DNA of 63,481 nt, filler included, from Welwitschia mirabilis (Eukaryota): assembly GCA_051453625.1 (NCBI GenBank). It is 14 parts of one record of this genome, joined end to end, with 100 filler letters (N's around TTAATTAATTAA, not from the genome) between each part and the next. Parts side by side here need not be neighbours in the genome. Positions count along the whole stretch, not along the records: positions 52,262 to 59,575 come from JBOZIK010000001.1; positions 59,676 to 61,823 come from JBOZIK010000001.1; positions 61,924 to 63,481 come from JBOZIK010000001.1; 11 more parts are not named here. One strand, written 5' to 3'. Below are positions 52,162 through 63,481 of the stretch, piece after piece; position 1 is the stretch's first letter; every line of letters starts with the position of its first letter. The notes beneath the pieces are model-generated. The model had not been told where the DNA came from and did not search any database. It saw only the letters and a program-made list of their open reading frames with translations. A program made the position numbers and the translations under genes.

Positions 52162-52261
52162 NNNNNNNNNNNNNNNNNNNNNNNNNNNNNNNNNNNNNNN
52201 NNNNNTTAATTAATTAANNNNNNNNNNNNNNNNNNNNNNNNNNNNNNNNNNNNNNNNNNNN
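52162..52261. other. Artificial contig spacer
   Basis: 44 N + TTAATTAATTAA + 44 N. Confidence 0.97.
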
Positions 52262-52808
52262 TAGAATGTTCATATATTAGTCTATTTGTTTATAGTCTTC
52301 TTCCTGAGTACTCAAGGCTTCATCAAAGAGATCTTTTATCTCTCAGCATCATTTAGTTCTGTGTCTATTTCTTATGTAAGAGTTTGACCTTTTTTTTCCT
52401 ATAGCAATGAAATCTTAAAATTTCATTCCAAAAAAAAATTCCCATACAAGGTGATTTTTCATATCTAAACCAATTTCTTCCCCTACTCTTCATGGTTTAT
52501 GCAACTTGAGATGACTTGCTCATTTAAATAAGAAAATAGAAATATATATTACATGATTTATGAGTCAAATGTTTTCACCTACCTTTACTTAACATAAATA
52601 TACATGATGATGTTAAACTAATTCTTAATATTATACATCTATTCCACTTGTGCTTTTTAAAAAATTTAACATATTTTTCTTGTTGTAATTAAAACATAAT
52701 TATAATTCTATATACATGTTTTGAGTATTTTTTCTTTTCTCACTCATTTTATCAGTTGACTTATAACTTCTTATTCACTTACTTTATCAAGAACTAATAA
52801 ATTCTACA

Positions 52809-53737
52809 TGGGGGACTATGTTGCAAAGCCAAATTAATCTATTTCACATACTTGTGAAGCATATTTTTAGGTCCTGTTAATAGGTTTTTCAGAGATTCAT
52901 GAAAATTTTGTAAAGCTTCTATACAAGTCAGGAAATGTAGCAATCTCCAACACAAGGGGTTGTTTTTGCTTGATGATGGACCAAAGCATAATAATCAAGA
53001 TGGTGTTAAGCAAGAAAAGCTAGTTATTTACTATGTCATTAGGATGATTCATGCAAAACGATAGTCACTAGTATGTTATTGTAATGACAAATGTAAAATA
53101 ATAGTCATCCCTTATATTATTCTGATGACCATTATAGAATAATGAGTAAATGGGTGTAATTGGATAGGATCTGATAGTTGTTCTCTATGTTGTTGGAATA
53201 ATATCCTAGATGATAGTCAGTAAATATTTAATGATTGACACATGTCAAGCATCAATTGGTAGTTGGAGTGGTTATCTCCTATGTCATGGAAATGATACAA
53301 AGGATAACAACCAAAATAGTTTGTAAAACTAAACCAATTATTATGAAAGAATAGATCTTAATCATATCTTTTCAATTCATACCCCTTATTATCCCTTAAT
53401 CATCCATTCCAACCTATAAATAGACCCTTTTAGAGATCATTCTAAATCATCTTTTATCATCTAAATTCTTGTGATGAGTGGAGATCATTGGAGACAAGGA
53501 AATCCATTCTACTTATGAGAAGCACTACCTTGATGTTAGGTAGTAAATCTTCCATTAAGAAGGAGTTGTTACAAGTGGATATACTTTAATTTTATTAATA
53601 GAAATATTGATTTAATTAGAAAACTTTTTAAATTCTTAATTATTTCTTTCTTGTAATTTATCTTAATTGTAATGAAAGTAACATAAATTTGTAATTGATA
53701 TAGGTGATAAGAACCAATCTAACTAATAATAAATTAN
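52809..53737 (+). mobile_element. PPT and 3' LTR, variant D (3' end not located)
   Basis: TGGGGGACTA followed by TGTTGCAAAGCC at 52819; TATA box cctataaatag near 53413; downstream similarity to the other LTRs (tcttccattaaga). Confidence 0.65.
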
Positions 53738-55479
53738 NNNNNNNNNNNNNNNNNNNNNNNNNNNNNNNNNNNNNNNNNNNNNNNNNNNNNNNNNNNNNNN
53801 NNNNNNNNNNNNNNNNNNNNNNNNNNNNNNNNNNNNNNNNNNNNNNNNNNNNNNNNNNNNNNNNNNNNNNNNATTTTCCAAAATTTCTTTTAGAAGTCTT
53901 TTCTAAGTGTACAACATTTTGGTTTATCCCACTATGCAAATGTGTATTATATGCAATTAGATTATCAAATTTTCAAGTGTTGCAAGTCAAATTTAATCTT
54001 TAAAATATTGGAATTAGAAGTACAAATACACATAATAATAGGTTAGATTAATTTTAATAATATTAATTTATTTTGTAGATAGACAAATGTGTGATTAAAA
54101 TTTAATGATAAAATAGAGTTAATCGAATATTTCTTGGTCTTCTACACATAGCAGTTCCTTCTTTAAAAGTTTAATGGTCAAACATAAAAATTAAAACATG
54201 AGAGTTATTAAAGATAAAAGAAGGAAATAACTTTATTAAGGAGTTAAAACAAAAAATAGATGTGGATTTTTAGATAGTCTAAACTTTAACAAGTTCATCA
54301 AATTTGGAATTAGATAGAGAATTAATCTAAACTATTTCACAAGTGAACAGGCGATCTTCGACAGGATTTTTTTCTTTAAGATCTTTCAAATTATTTAAAT
54401 ANNNNNNNNNNNNNNNNNNNNNNNNNNNNNNNNNNNNNNNNNNNNNNNNNNNNNNNNNNNNNNNNNNNNNNNNNNNNNNNNNNNNNNNNNNNNNNNNNNN
54501 NNNNNNNNNNNNNNNNNNNNNNNNNNNNNNNNNNNNNNNNNNNNNNNNNNNNNNNNNNNNNNNNNNNNNNNNNNNNNNNNNNNNNNNNNNNNNNNNNNNN
54601 NNNNNNNNNNNNNNNNNNNNNNNNNNNNNNNNNNNNNNNNNNNNNNNNNNNNNNNNNNNNNNNNNNNNNNNNNNNNNNNNNNNNNNNNNNNNNNNNNNNN
54701 NNNNNNNNNNNNNNNNNNNNNNNNNNNNNNNNNNNNNNNNNNNNNNNNNNNNNNNNNNNNNNNNNNNNNNNNNNNNNNNNNNNNNNNNNNNNNNNNNNNN
54801 NNNNNNNNNNNNNNNNNNNNNNNNNNNNNNNNNNNNNNNNNNNNNNNNNNNNNNNNNNNNNNNNNNNNNNNNNNNNNNNNNNNNNNNNNNNNNNNNNNNN
54901 NNNNNNNNNNNNNNNNNNNNNNNNNNNNNNNNNNNNNNNNNNNNNNNNNNNNNNNNNNNNNNNNNNNNNNNNNNNNNNNNNNNNNNNNNNNNNNNNNNNN
55001 NNNNNNNNNNNNNNNNNNNNNNNNNNNNNNNNNNNNNNNNNNNNNNNNNNNNNNNNNNNNNNNNNNNNNNNNNNNNNNNNNNNNNNNNNNNNNNNNNNNA
55101 AAATAAATGCCTTAAAAGCCTATATTTCTAGTAGCATGACAAATAAAAAAAGGACAGTGAGTATTTTAAGGAATAAGAGGAGGAAGAGTACTTAGAAGAG
55201 GAGGAGGAAGAGACATAATAGGAGGCATCTACTTCATAGCCTAGAAAGATAAAGACTTACCAAAACCACCTCATCCTTCATCTCCATAAGAGGCTTCTTC
55301 ATCACAATGTGGACTTAGAACATCATTCTACTACATGCATCACTGAAGTAGGTCTAGTGGTCTTACCACTTCATAGGAATTTATTTCTACTCTACTTACA
55401 TCATCATTAGCCATCATGTTTTCTTATCCGTCTCCTATAAGATCATTGTAGGGAATGATTATTTGTGACTCCTATCACT

Positions 55480-56369
55480 GTACATTGCAACACACTTGTG
55501 CAAATATAATCTAGAAAAAGTAAATAATAATGCATTTAATCTAAACTAACCATGCACAACTTTGATGAAGGTTGCTCTCATAACCTATATCACTAAAAAA
55601 TATATCACCAAATCAAAAGTAACATAAGCTATAAGAATGAGGAAAAAACATGCATTGAAATCATAAGAGAAGTATTTTGTATTAGAATCACATCTGTGTT
55701 ACAAAGTANNNNNNNNNNNNNNGAGGAAGTATTATTTAACACTAAGGAAGACATCTTTCTGCAACTATAACGATGGATGTCTAGCCCTTCGATCTCTTGT
55801 CATGAGAATCTTTAGTGCAAACGAAGATAAGTAGGACTTGAGGGAAAGACTAATATTTATTGATACACAAGAACATAATAACACAGATAGACAAGTGTGG
55901 TTAGAACTCTAATAGTCATGCTAAGAGAAGAAGATAGACAGTTGATAGAAATTAGGTAAATGTCTAATGCAGAAGTTACATTAGTGTCATCCAACTAGTT
56001 GTCCAGATGATAAAGGAAAGGATGGCCCCTTATAATAATCCACATTAGCTACTAAATTAATTATAGTCAGCATTCCTATTGGCATGGACTACTCTGTCAT
56101 TTATATAGTCATCTAGATGATGAGTTGGATGATGGAATTTTACAAATTTTTAATCAATGCATTAGCCTCAATGTTTTATAGGAAGTTATCTTAAAAACAT
56201 AAAGTATTAAGAGTTGTTTAAAATGTTATAAATCATCATGGAGATTACATGTTTTCATCTTTTTCATATCAGCTCTTCGTTATCATGAAAATCAAACATT
56301 TACCTATTTATTAACCTATAAAAACACTTAAAATATCCTATCAAATATGTACAAGTTGGTAATACAACA
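55480..56369 (-). mobile_element. 3' LTR, variant A (U5 end truncated)
   Basis: The minus strand starts TGTTGTATTACCAACTTG after the PPT CTAAGTGGAGGACTA; colinear with 38530-39566. Confidence 0.85.
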
Positions 56370-58487
56370 TAGTCCTCCACTTAGCCTTATTAGTTCTTAA
56401 TAAAAATAGGTGGTAAACCATTTTTGTGAGACAACTTATTAAGTAATAAAACAACTAGGATACTTAAGGAAATCATCTTACAAAATTTTCTAAAATTACA
56501 AAGATACAAACTAGACAATAAGAAATTAAAAAAACTAAACATTTTACCTACTTGAAACTTAGCTAGTTAATCAACCGAGTTGTTATCCAGATGATGGAGG
56601 AGATGATAGGCTCAAAAAAGATCTTTGAAATTAGGAACCTATAACAAAATTTTTATTTTTCTAGATAATCAGTAACTGTAATAAGATAACTTCCCACTCA
56701 ATTAAATAGTAATGAAATAGAAAGATTTCCCAGGTAAAATTAATCCTAATCATAATATGTAAAAATTAAAAATAGTGATGACAAATTAGATAAAAATTAC
56801 TACACCTTGCTAAAAAATAATTTGTCTATAAAAAATTAAAGATTTTTCGGTATGAAAGTGCATAAAAGATAACATACAAAATAATATAAAATCACTCCCC
56901 TTGTGAATGCATGATAGACTCAAGTTCAATAGCTAGCTCAGGTACAAGGTGAAAAAAAAAGAGGATGCTCAGGATCAGTAGGTAAATAGAGGTCCANNNN
57001 NNNNNNNNNNNNNNNNNNNNNNNNNNNNNNNNNNNNNNNNNNNNNNNNNNNNNNNNNNNNNNNNNNNNNNNNNNNNNNNNNNNNNNNNNNNNNNNNAGTT
57101 AGTAGTAAGATCTACTGGAATATCCAAAATAATTCCATATGTCTGATGCTCCTTAGTCTCATTAACTAAGTGTATATGCATATTTCTAAGCCTACCAAGA
57201 TCTATAATAAGTGTAATATGGAATGGAAAAATCATTATCTTATGATTCCATATATGTGCAATAATCATATGATGTAGCTAACTACAAACATCAGGTTGCC
57301 TCTCAATATGCATGGTATCATAAAATTTCCTCACCTCTAAAATATAATATAATCCATGTGCATATATAATCCATCTAAGTCATAAACCTATAAGTTCCTA
57401 GTCTACTTATGAATCAATATGGCTCATAAAGTCTTTGAAGTATCACTCAACATAAATGCTAGTTTTCTATATAGTCATAAAATATCTGTGTTAAGATGGC
57501 AGATGTGCTAGCTTGGCATGCTGTATCTCAGGTAGTACTATGGAATCTACCTCTTACTCTATAAATTTCAACTTGGCCTTAGCTTATTTAGCTCTATGCA
57601 TATGAGGCCTACTCAATCAGAAACACACAAAAACATCATGCGAAAATAGAAAGACATGTTAAAAATATTATGTGGATGTGTAATAATGACCCTTAAAATT
57701 GATAAAAATCATGAAAAATGCTAAAAATATATGTTGATCTCCTAAAACATTGCAATACATCCCGAATTACAGAACATGAGAAGAAAAATGAGAAATACAT
57801 GAAAATTTCTGAAACTGTAATTTTAGTGGGTCCACATAAGGTGAAAAATCAAAGTTCTTAAATGAAAAATATAATTTAATAGAATCATAGAAAACTTCAA
57901 ACTGATCAACTTTTTCTAAAGAATTACTAAATTTTAATCTATAGTTTACGAGAAAATAAGTGTAAAAGATGAAAAATTTAAAACACCTTGTAAAATGCAA
58001 AATTACTCATAACTCAAAAAATACCCAACAAAATTTAAATCGGTAAGTCCCAAATCAAAGAGATGAAAAACTAATCAATATACCTGAGAACTATGCATTA
58101 AAGGACTAAAAAATAAGAGAAAATTTTGAAAGACAGAAGGATAGAGAAACATACCTCATTTTTACAAATCTAGTAAAATCTTGCAAATCTGAATATGAAA
58201 TTAGATGGAACAAGTTAGGGTTATTATCTTTAGGAATAGGCAAAAATGATAAAAAACAAAGAAAAATAAGGAAAAGGAGTTTAAATCATAGTTATATCGC
58301 ACTATTATCTAGTCGTATTATCTAAATGATAGTCCTAAGATGACTCTCCAAAAAAAAAATTCTGACTCTCATTCTCCCAATATCATCTAGATGACCAGGT
58401 AGATGATACGACATTTAAAAGTTTCATAGAAAAAAGATATCAGCCAATAGAATGAGGTTGTGATGTGATCATTTAAGTATTAAAATT
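56370..58487 (-). mobile_element. Internal 3' region, paralog of 39567-42845
   Basis: Long colinear similarity, e.g. aaacatcatg..aaaata..aagacatg and gaacatgagaagaaaaatg. Confidence 0.85.
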
Positions 58488-59575
58488 TGCTGAGAATCAA
58501 TATCATTGATTAATTTAATGAGTTTTTATAGTTAGTCCATTATGCAGAGATTCCCCAACACTGGCGATCAACTCCTAAGACCAGGTGACTAACCTATTAA
58601 AGAACTATGATACTACTTCAGAATCGGGCAACTACACATAGAACATTAGGTGACCAGAGTGATGTAGATTAAGAAAATGACTAGTTACAGAATAGGCGAC
58701 TGAGTGAGTCATACCAGGAAACCAATCTAATACATAAGAAAAAAGACTGGTTTAATAACGGATGACCAAAAACTCATATTTGGGTGACCTCATTTGAGAT
58801 TTTGTGTAAGAACTATGGCAAACATAAACAACCACTAAATGAACATGAATGACTACATGACATCTTGTGAAATTTAGTCTGATGATAAAATAGATGACTA
58901 ACTAATATAAATAGGCAATCACATGATAATCAGTAAAGCCTAAATCTAATAAATGTAAGGGTGATCAAAGGGCATAATTATGAATGACCGCATTTTGCCT
59001 AGAATCTATAATCATAAAATTAACCAAGTAATAAATGTCAGGGCGACCAAGTAAAGGTTGACCCCATATAAACATAAGGGCAACTGAATATGCACCTGTT
59101 CTATACTAAAATATATATGACAAACAAAGGTAACCAAATATTAGGAATAAGGGCAACCACATATTCGTGTAGCCGAATACTATATCAAGATCAACCATAC
59201 GAAGTAAAAATGTAACCATTATGTTTTCAACAGTTCATTAAAAAGAGCATAATAGTTTAGTAAAAGCGCAACGGTTTGATTCATTGTTATCAAATAGTTA
59301 ACTTGTATATCCTTAGTATTTAAGCTCTCTTACAATCAAAAAGAAACACAACTTTTTTTCTAAGATTAGAGATTGAAAAAGAAGAACTCTCATACTCTTT
59401 TAGTATTATATTTAAACAAGTTTTAAGTTCAGATTTCTAATTGAATCTATCATTGCACCTACTTAGAAGAAGAGATTGATGTACCTTTAAGAGAAAATTT
59501 GTACATCTGTGCATTCTTCTTTCTTCCATTCATCTGTGATTAGGGACTAGCCATAAAATCCTCTTATATTATAAA
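58488..59575 (+). mobile_element. Copia SIRE-like LTR (truncated by the spacer)
   Basis: TGCTGAGAATCAATATCATTGATTAATTTAATGAGTTTTT matches the start of the LTR at 36681(-). It carries many GGYRACY motifs and tatttaagc near 59317. Confidence 0.72.
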
Positions 59576-59675
59576 NNNNNNNNNNNNNNNNNNNNNNNNN
59601 NNNNNNNNNNNNNNNNNNNTTAATTAATTAANNNNNNNNNNNNNNNNNNNNNNNNNNNNNNNNNNNNNNNNNNNN
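59576..59675. other. Artificial contig spacer
   Basis: 44 N + TTAATTAATTAA + 44 N. Confidence 0.97.
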
Positions 59676-60229
59676 AGTCATTACTGTATTTTCTTAGCAT
59701 GTTTCCTATTTTTAGTTTTTAATAAAAGGTAATTTCCTATTTAGATTTGTGTTATTTTTTATATTTTCGGTGTTATAAAAGCACTGCTCATATTCTTTTT
59801 ATGGTGAAATAAGTTTTGACCACTTTTTTATACCTATTAGAATATTTTATATCTCTATGTTTTTCAAATATGACATTACTTAGCTTTGCACTTTATTTTA
59901 AAAGTTATCCTCATTTCCATTTACTACCTTCTTACTTCCATTTACCTTCTTTGTTTTATTTGCAAATACGGGATGTATTGCCTTTTTCTCTAGGAGGGAT
60001 AGAGACCTATTTGCATGGTTTATTTTCCAAATTTTTAAAGCTTTTATGACATAAAATTTTCAAATTTTTTATACACATTGTGAATTACTTATCATTTATA
60101 TATATAATGTATTTTTATAAGCTTGTTTTTATGATTTCCAGATCATCTTTTGAAAAATAAATTGGCTCGCAATTATGGTTTTTCCATCTAGTTTTTGTTA
60201 GGAACTGATAAAGGCTAAGTGAAGGGCTA
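59676..60229 (+). mobile_element. Internal 3' region and PPT
   Basis: Reverse-complement homolog of 12574-13110; ends CTAAGTGAAGGGCTA. Confidence 0.82.
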
Positions 60230-61254
60230 TATTGTGCTACTAATTTACAGTTATTTGATGGGTTTTATGAGTTTTTTTGGGGGAATTTTATACAGGTTTT
60301 AGTGCAATTCTGAGGATTTTGGCGATACCAAAGGAAATCTCCGAAAAGTATAGTTATTATCCAAATTTGATGTATTTAAAATAATTTCCAAAGAACAGAG
60401 CTTTTTATGATAAAACTACTAAGTTTTTCCTTAAGAAAGATGTTAAAGAAGACCATCATCCCCTCCATTATCTACACAATAGGCAAAACCATGACTACTT
60501 ATGTGGACTGCTGAGTCATCACTTTTGAGATATTTTGTAATAGTCTATCATTCCCTATGTTATCTAGACAACAGCTCAGATGACACTAACAAATAACTAT
60601 CATTGACTATTCTCTTAACTGTTTTGTTCATTTCTGAGTGCTTAATGAATGCTCATAACTACACCTTCTGTTTATCCTTTTTTATTATATTTTTCTATAA
60701 ATAAGACCCCCCTTCCACTCTCCTATCTAATTTCGATGCACTAAAGATTCTTGTGAGAGGAGAGTGAAAGGTGGAAGATCTATCTTATGAGTTGCAGAAA
60801 GATGAGCACTTGGTGAAGGGTTGAGTATCTTCCATTAAGATTTGGCTATTTTGTAACCCATATATATGTTACTTTTAATATAAATCTTGGTTTTCTTTAT
60901 ATATTTGCATTCTTTGCATTGTAGAATTTCTTATGTCCCTTATACTCTAATGTTGCCCAAGATCTCGTGATAATTTCTTAGGTGATATAGATTATCAAGG
61001 GAATCCCTTATTAGGGCTAAAGAGCAAAATAAGGTTAGGATTCATTTGTACTGCATGTTAATTTAGATTGCATATTGAACTTTTCATGGTAGTTTATTTT
61101 CATGGTAGTCTCTTATGAATAGACTTTAATGAGATACAACATTTTGGGTTACTCCCATTATATTAGCATGTTATATTATGCATAATATCTATTTTAATTA
61201 TTAATGACAAAGTCTATATGAATGTAAAAGTATGCATAAATACACATCGTAATA
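60230..61254 (+). mobile_element. Complete 3' LTR, variant B (~1.02 kb), with decayed termini
   Basis: Reads TATTGTGCTAC...ATAAATACACATCGTAATA, whereas paralogs have TGTT.../...GCAACA. A TATA motif ctataaataag lies near 60695. Confidence 0.82.
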
Positions 61255-61347
61255 CTACCCCTCATTAATCATCACTTGTATGATATGATAACTCCAACTG
61301 AAGAACATAAGTCTTCTTCTCTGACTAACCTCCATCAAGATTGACCA

Positions 61348-61823
61348 TGTTGAGGTACATATTTATGCAACGTTTATGTCCTAAGTAGAATCTTGTTAAT
61401 TACAAATAATAATGCAGAAACACATCACACTAATATAAATGATAGTTGACTCAAATATCATAATCTATCAAAGGCCAAAGTAGAAAATAAGAGAGTTTCT
61501 TTTCAAAAGAGAAATATTGTAATCTAACCTACAGAAATAACTTACAATGCATAAAAATGAAATGAAACACACTTGTGCAAAGCTAATCTAGGAAAGGAAA
61601 TAACAATGCACTCTAACCTAAACTAACTAAACATAATCATGATAAAGGTTACCCTCATAACCTATATCACAAGAGAAACTATCACTGGATCTCAAGTAAA
61701 ATAAGCTATAAGAGAGAAGAACATTCATATATTAAAGCACAAAAGGAAATTTTTTTGTATTACAAGTCACACTTCATTCCTATTACAAAGTAGCTACACC
61801 TCAATGGAGGAAACACTGCCCAA
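61348..61823 (-). mobile_element. LTR 3' half (A-like), tail-to-tail with the previous LTR
   Basis: Plus strand tgttgaggtacatatttatgcaac...; homologous to 20294-20620 and 38329-38940. Confidence 0.82.
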
Positions 61824-61923
61824 NNNNNNNNNNNNNNNNNNNNNNNNNNNNNNNNNNNNNNNNNNNNTTAATTAATTAANNNNNNNNNNNNNNNNNNNNN
61901 NNNNNNNNNNNNNNNNNNNNNNN
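61824..61923. other. Artificial contig spacer
   Basis: 44 N + TTAATTAATTAA + 44 N. Confidence 0.97.
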
Positions 61924-63400
61924 ATTTCTCATGAGGAATAGTATTATGTTCACTTCTAGTTACTACTTTCCAATCGTTTGGTACCTCATTTGGGTTTGAA
62001 ATAATTTGAGTGGCAATTGCTCCTTGAGGTCTTTAATTTTCTAACATGTTTTGATGAAGGAGGCCAATCAAAATTTTTCAAGTTTTTATTCTGATTTTCT
62101 AAGATCTCATTGGTGGTCTCTTGTGTTTTTTTGAGTTCCTCCGTCATTTCTCTATAAGGATCATTTTTATTATAATTGGAAAAATTGGTCTGAGAGTTAT
62201 GATTTNNNNNNNNNNNNNNNNNNNNNNNNNNNNNNNNNNNNNNNNNNNNNNNNNNNNNNNNNNNNNNNNNNNNNNNNNNNNNNNNNNNNNNNNNNNNNNN
62301 NNNNNNNNNNNNNNNNNNNNNNNNNNNNNNNNNNNNNNNNNNNNNNNNNNNNNNNNNNNNNNNNNNNNNNNNNNNNNNNNNNNNNNNNNNNNNNNNNNNN
62401 NNNNNNNNNNNNNNNNNNNNNNNNNNNNNNNNNNNNNNNNNNNNNNNNNNNNNNNNNNNNNNNNNNNNNNNNNNNNNNNNNNNNNNNNNNNNNNNNNNTC
62501 TTCATATTGCACTTGTTTTGAGTCTTTAAGCATTTCATCTATAGTTCTTGTATCTTTACATGTAGTTTTGATCAATTTTGACTTCTTTCCATAAGGTGTT
62601 CTAATAAGTTCCAAGCATTTTCAAAAGTTAAATTAAGTAAATCTCCACCACATGAAAAATTTATCATTTGCCATCTTTGACTATTCAATCCACTATAAAA
62701 ATGATTAATAAGTTCTTGTTTTTCAAATTCATGCATCAGGTTTAATGATACAACAATTAAAAATCTTTCATATGTTGAGGAATAATCTTCATAAGGGTAT
62801 TCTTAAAAATTTGTTACTTCTTTTCTCCTTGTCCTCATAACTGTATCATTCATAAATCATTTGATAAAGACTTCTTGTACATGATTTCATGACTTCAGAA
62901 TTCTATGTGGAATGGTTTTAAGCTTATTCTTTGCTTTTCCTTTCAAGGTAAATGGAAATACTATCATGTAGATCCTATCTAAAAATTTATTTTCCCATTT
63001 CCTAAGGTAATAATGAGTTATTCAATATCACCTATGTGTTGGAATGGGTCTTCATTAGGTTCTTTAGAAAAAATAGGATAATCATTCAAGTTTTTCAACT
63101 CTACAACATCTCCAGGGTGTAGGTAAAATGGGTTTTGAAGTTCCCTCTTTTTGTTTACTAACATATCATTTAAAGTGATATTTGAATTAGAATATTTGTT
63201 AGATGCCATATAGGTGATAGTATTAGAATGATAAGGCAAAAGAGAAGAGGCAAGATTTTTGGTAGAACTTAGTTGATTTTTAGAAGTTTTCAGAGATGTA
63301 GGAGTATGCAAACAAGAAATAGTAAATGTAGAATAATCATCTTGCTTAATTAAAGAATTAAATTTTTCTTTCTCACCTCAAGTTCTTGAATTAAAGTCCA
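61924..63400 (-). pseudogene. gag: Decayed Athila gag
   Basis: NITLNDMLVNKKRELQNPFYLHPGDVVELKNLNDYPIFSKEPNEDPFQHIGDIE, homologous to the other gag copies. Confidence 0.87.
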
Positions 63401-63481
63401 TTAAACCTTTTTTAATTTCTTTATTAAGGAAATGTTTTCATGAGTGTATTTGCCTTTACTGCTATTTACCATTACCCTATA

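Noticed and set aside
13326..62614. Long ORFs in the supplied track (for example 26012-26914, 36877-37914, 40884-41897)
   Set aside because: They consist almost entirely of X from N gaps and are not coding evidence.
1..63481. Fungal RIP as the cause of the AT-richness
   Set aside because: The elements are plant lineages (Athila, SIRE-like), so methyl-cytosine deamination is the simpler explanation.

Overview
This is AT-rich, CpG-poor plant-type repeat DNA, and it is not one contiguous locus. It consists of 14 fragments joined by 13 identical 100-bp artificial spacers (44 N + TTAATTAATTAA + 44 N), with many further N gaps. Almost every fragment carries decayed Ty3/Gypsy Athila-clade LTR retrotransposons: gag, protease, RT, RNase H and integrase remnants, a tRNA-Asp-type PBS, PPTs and at least four LTR variants. 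There are also two or three Copia/SIRE-like LTRs nested inside them and a second, distinct gag. I found no intact host gene, RNA gene, CRISPR array or complete element. The most notable observations are a 345-bp LTR-end+PBS fragment captured inside pol, decayed extra 3' ORFs with coiled-coil character, gag-protease-only deletion derivatives, a family-wide decayed palindromic motif, and nested insertions whose empty sites are visible in paralogous fragments. I see no convincing novel biological system. All alignments were done by eye and boundaries are approximate unless a terminal motif is quoted.
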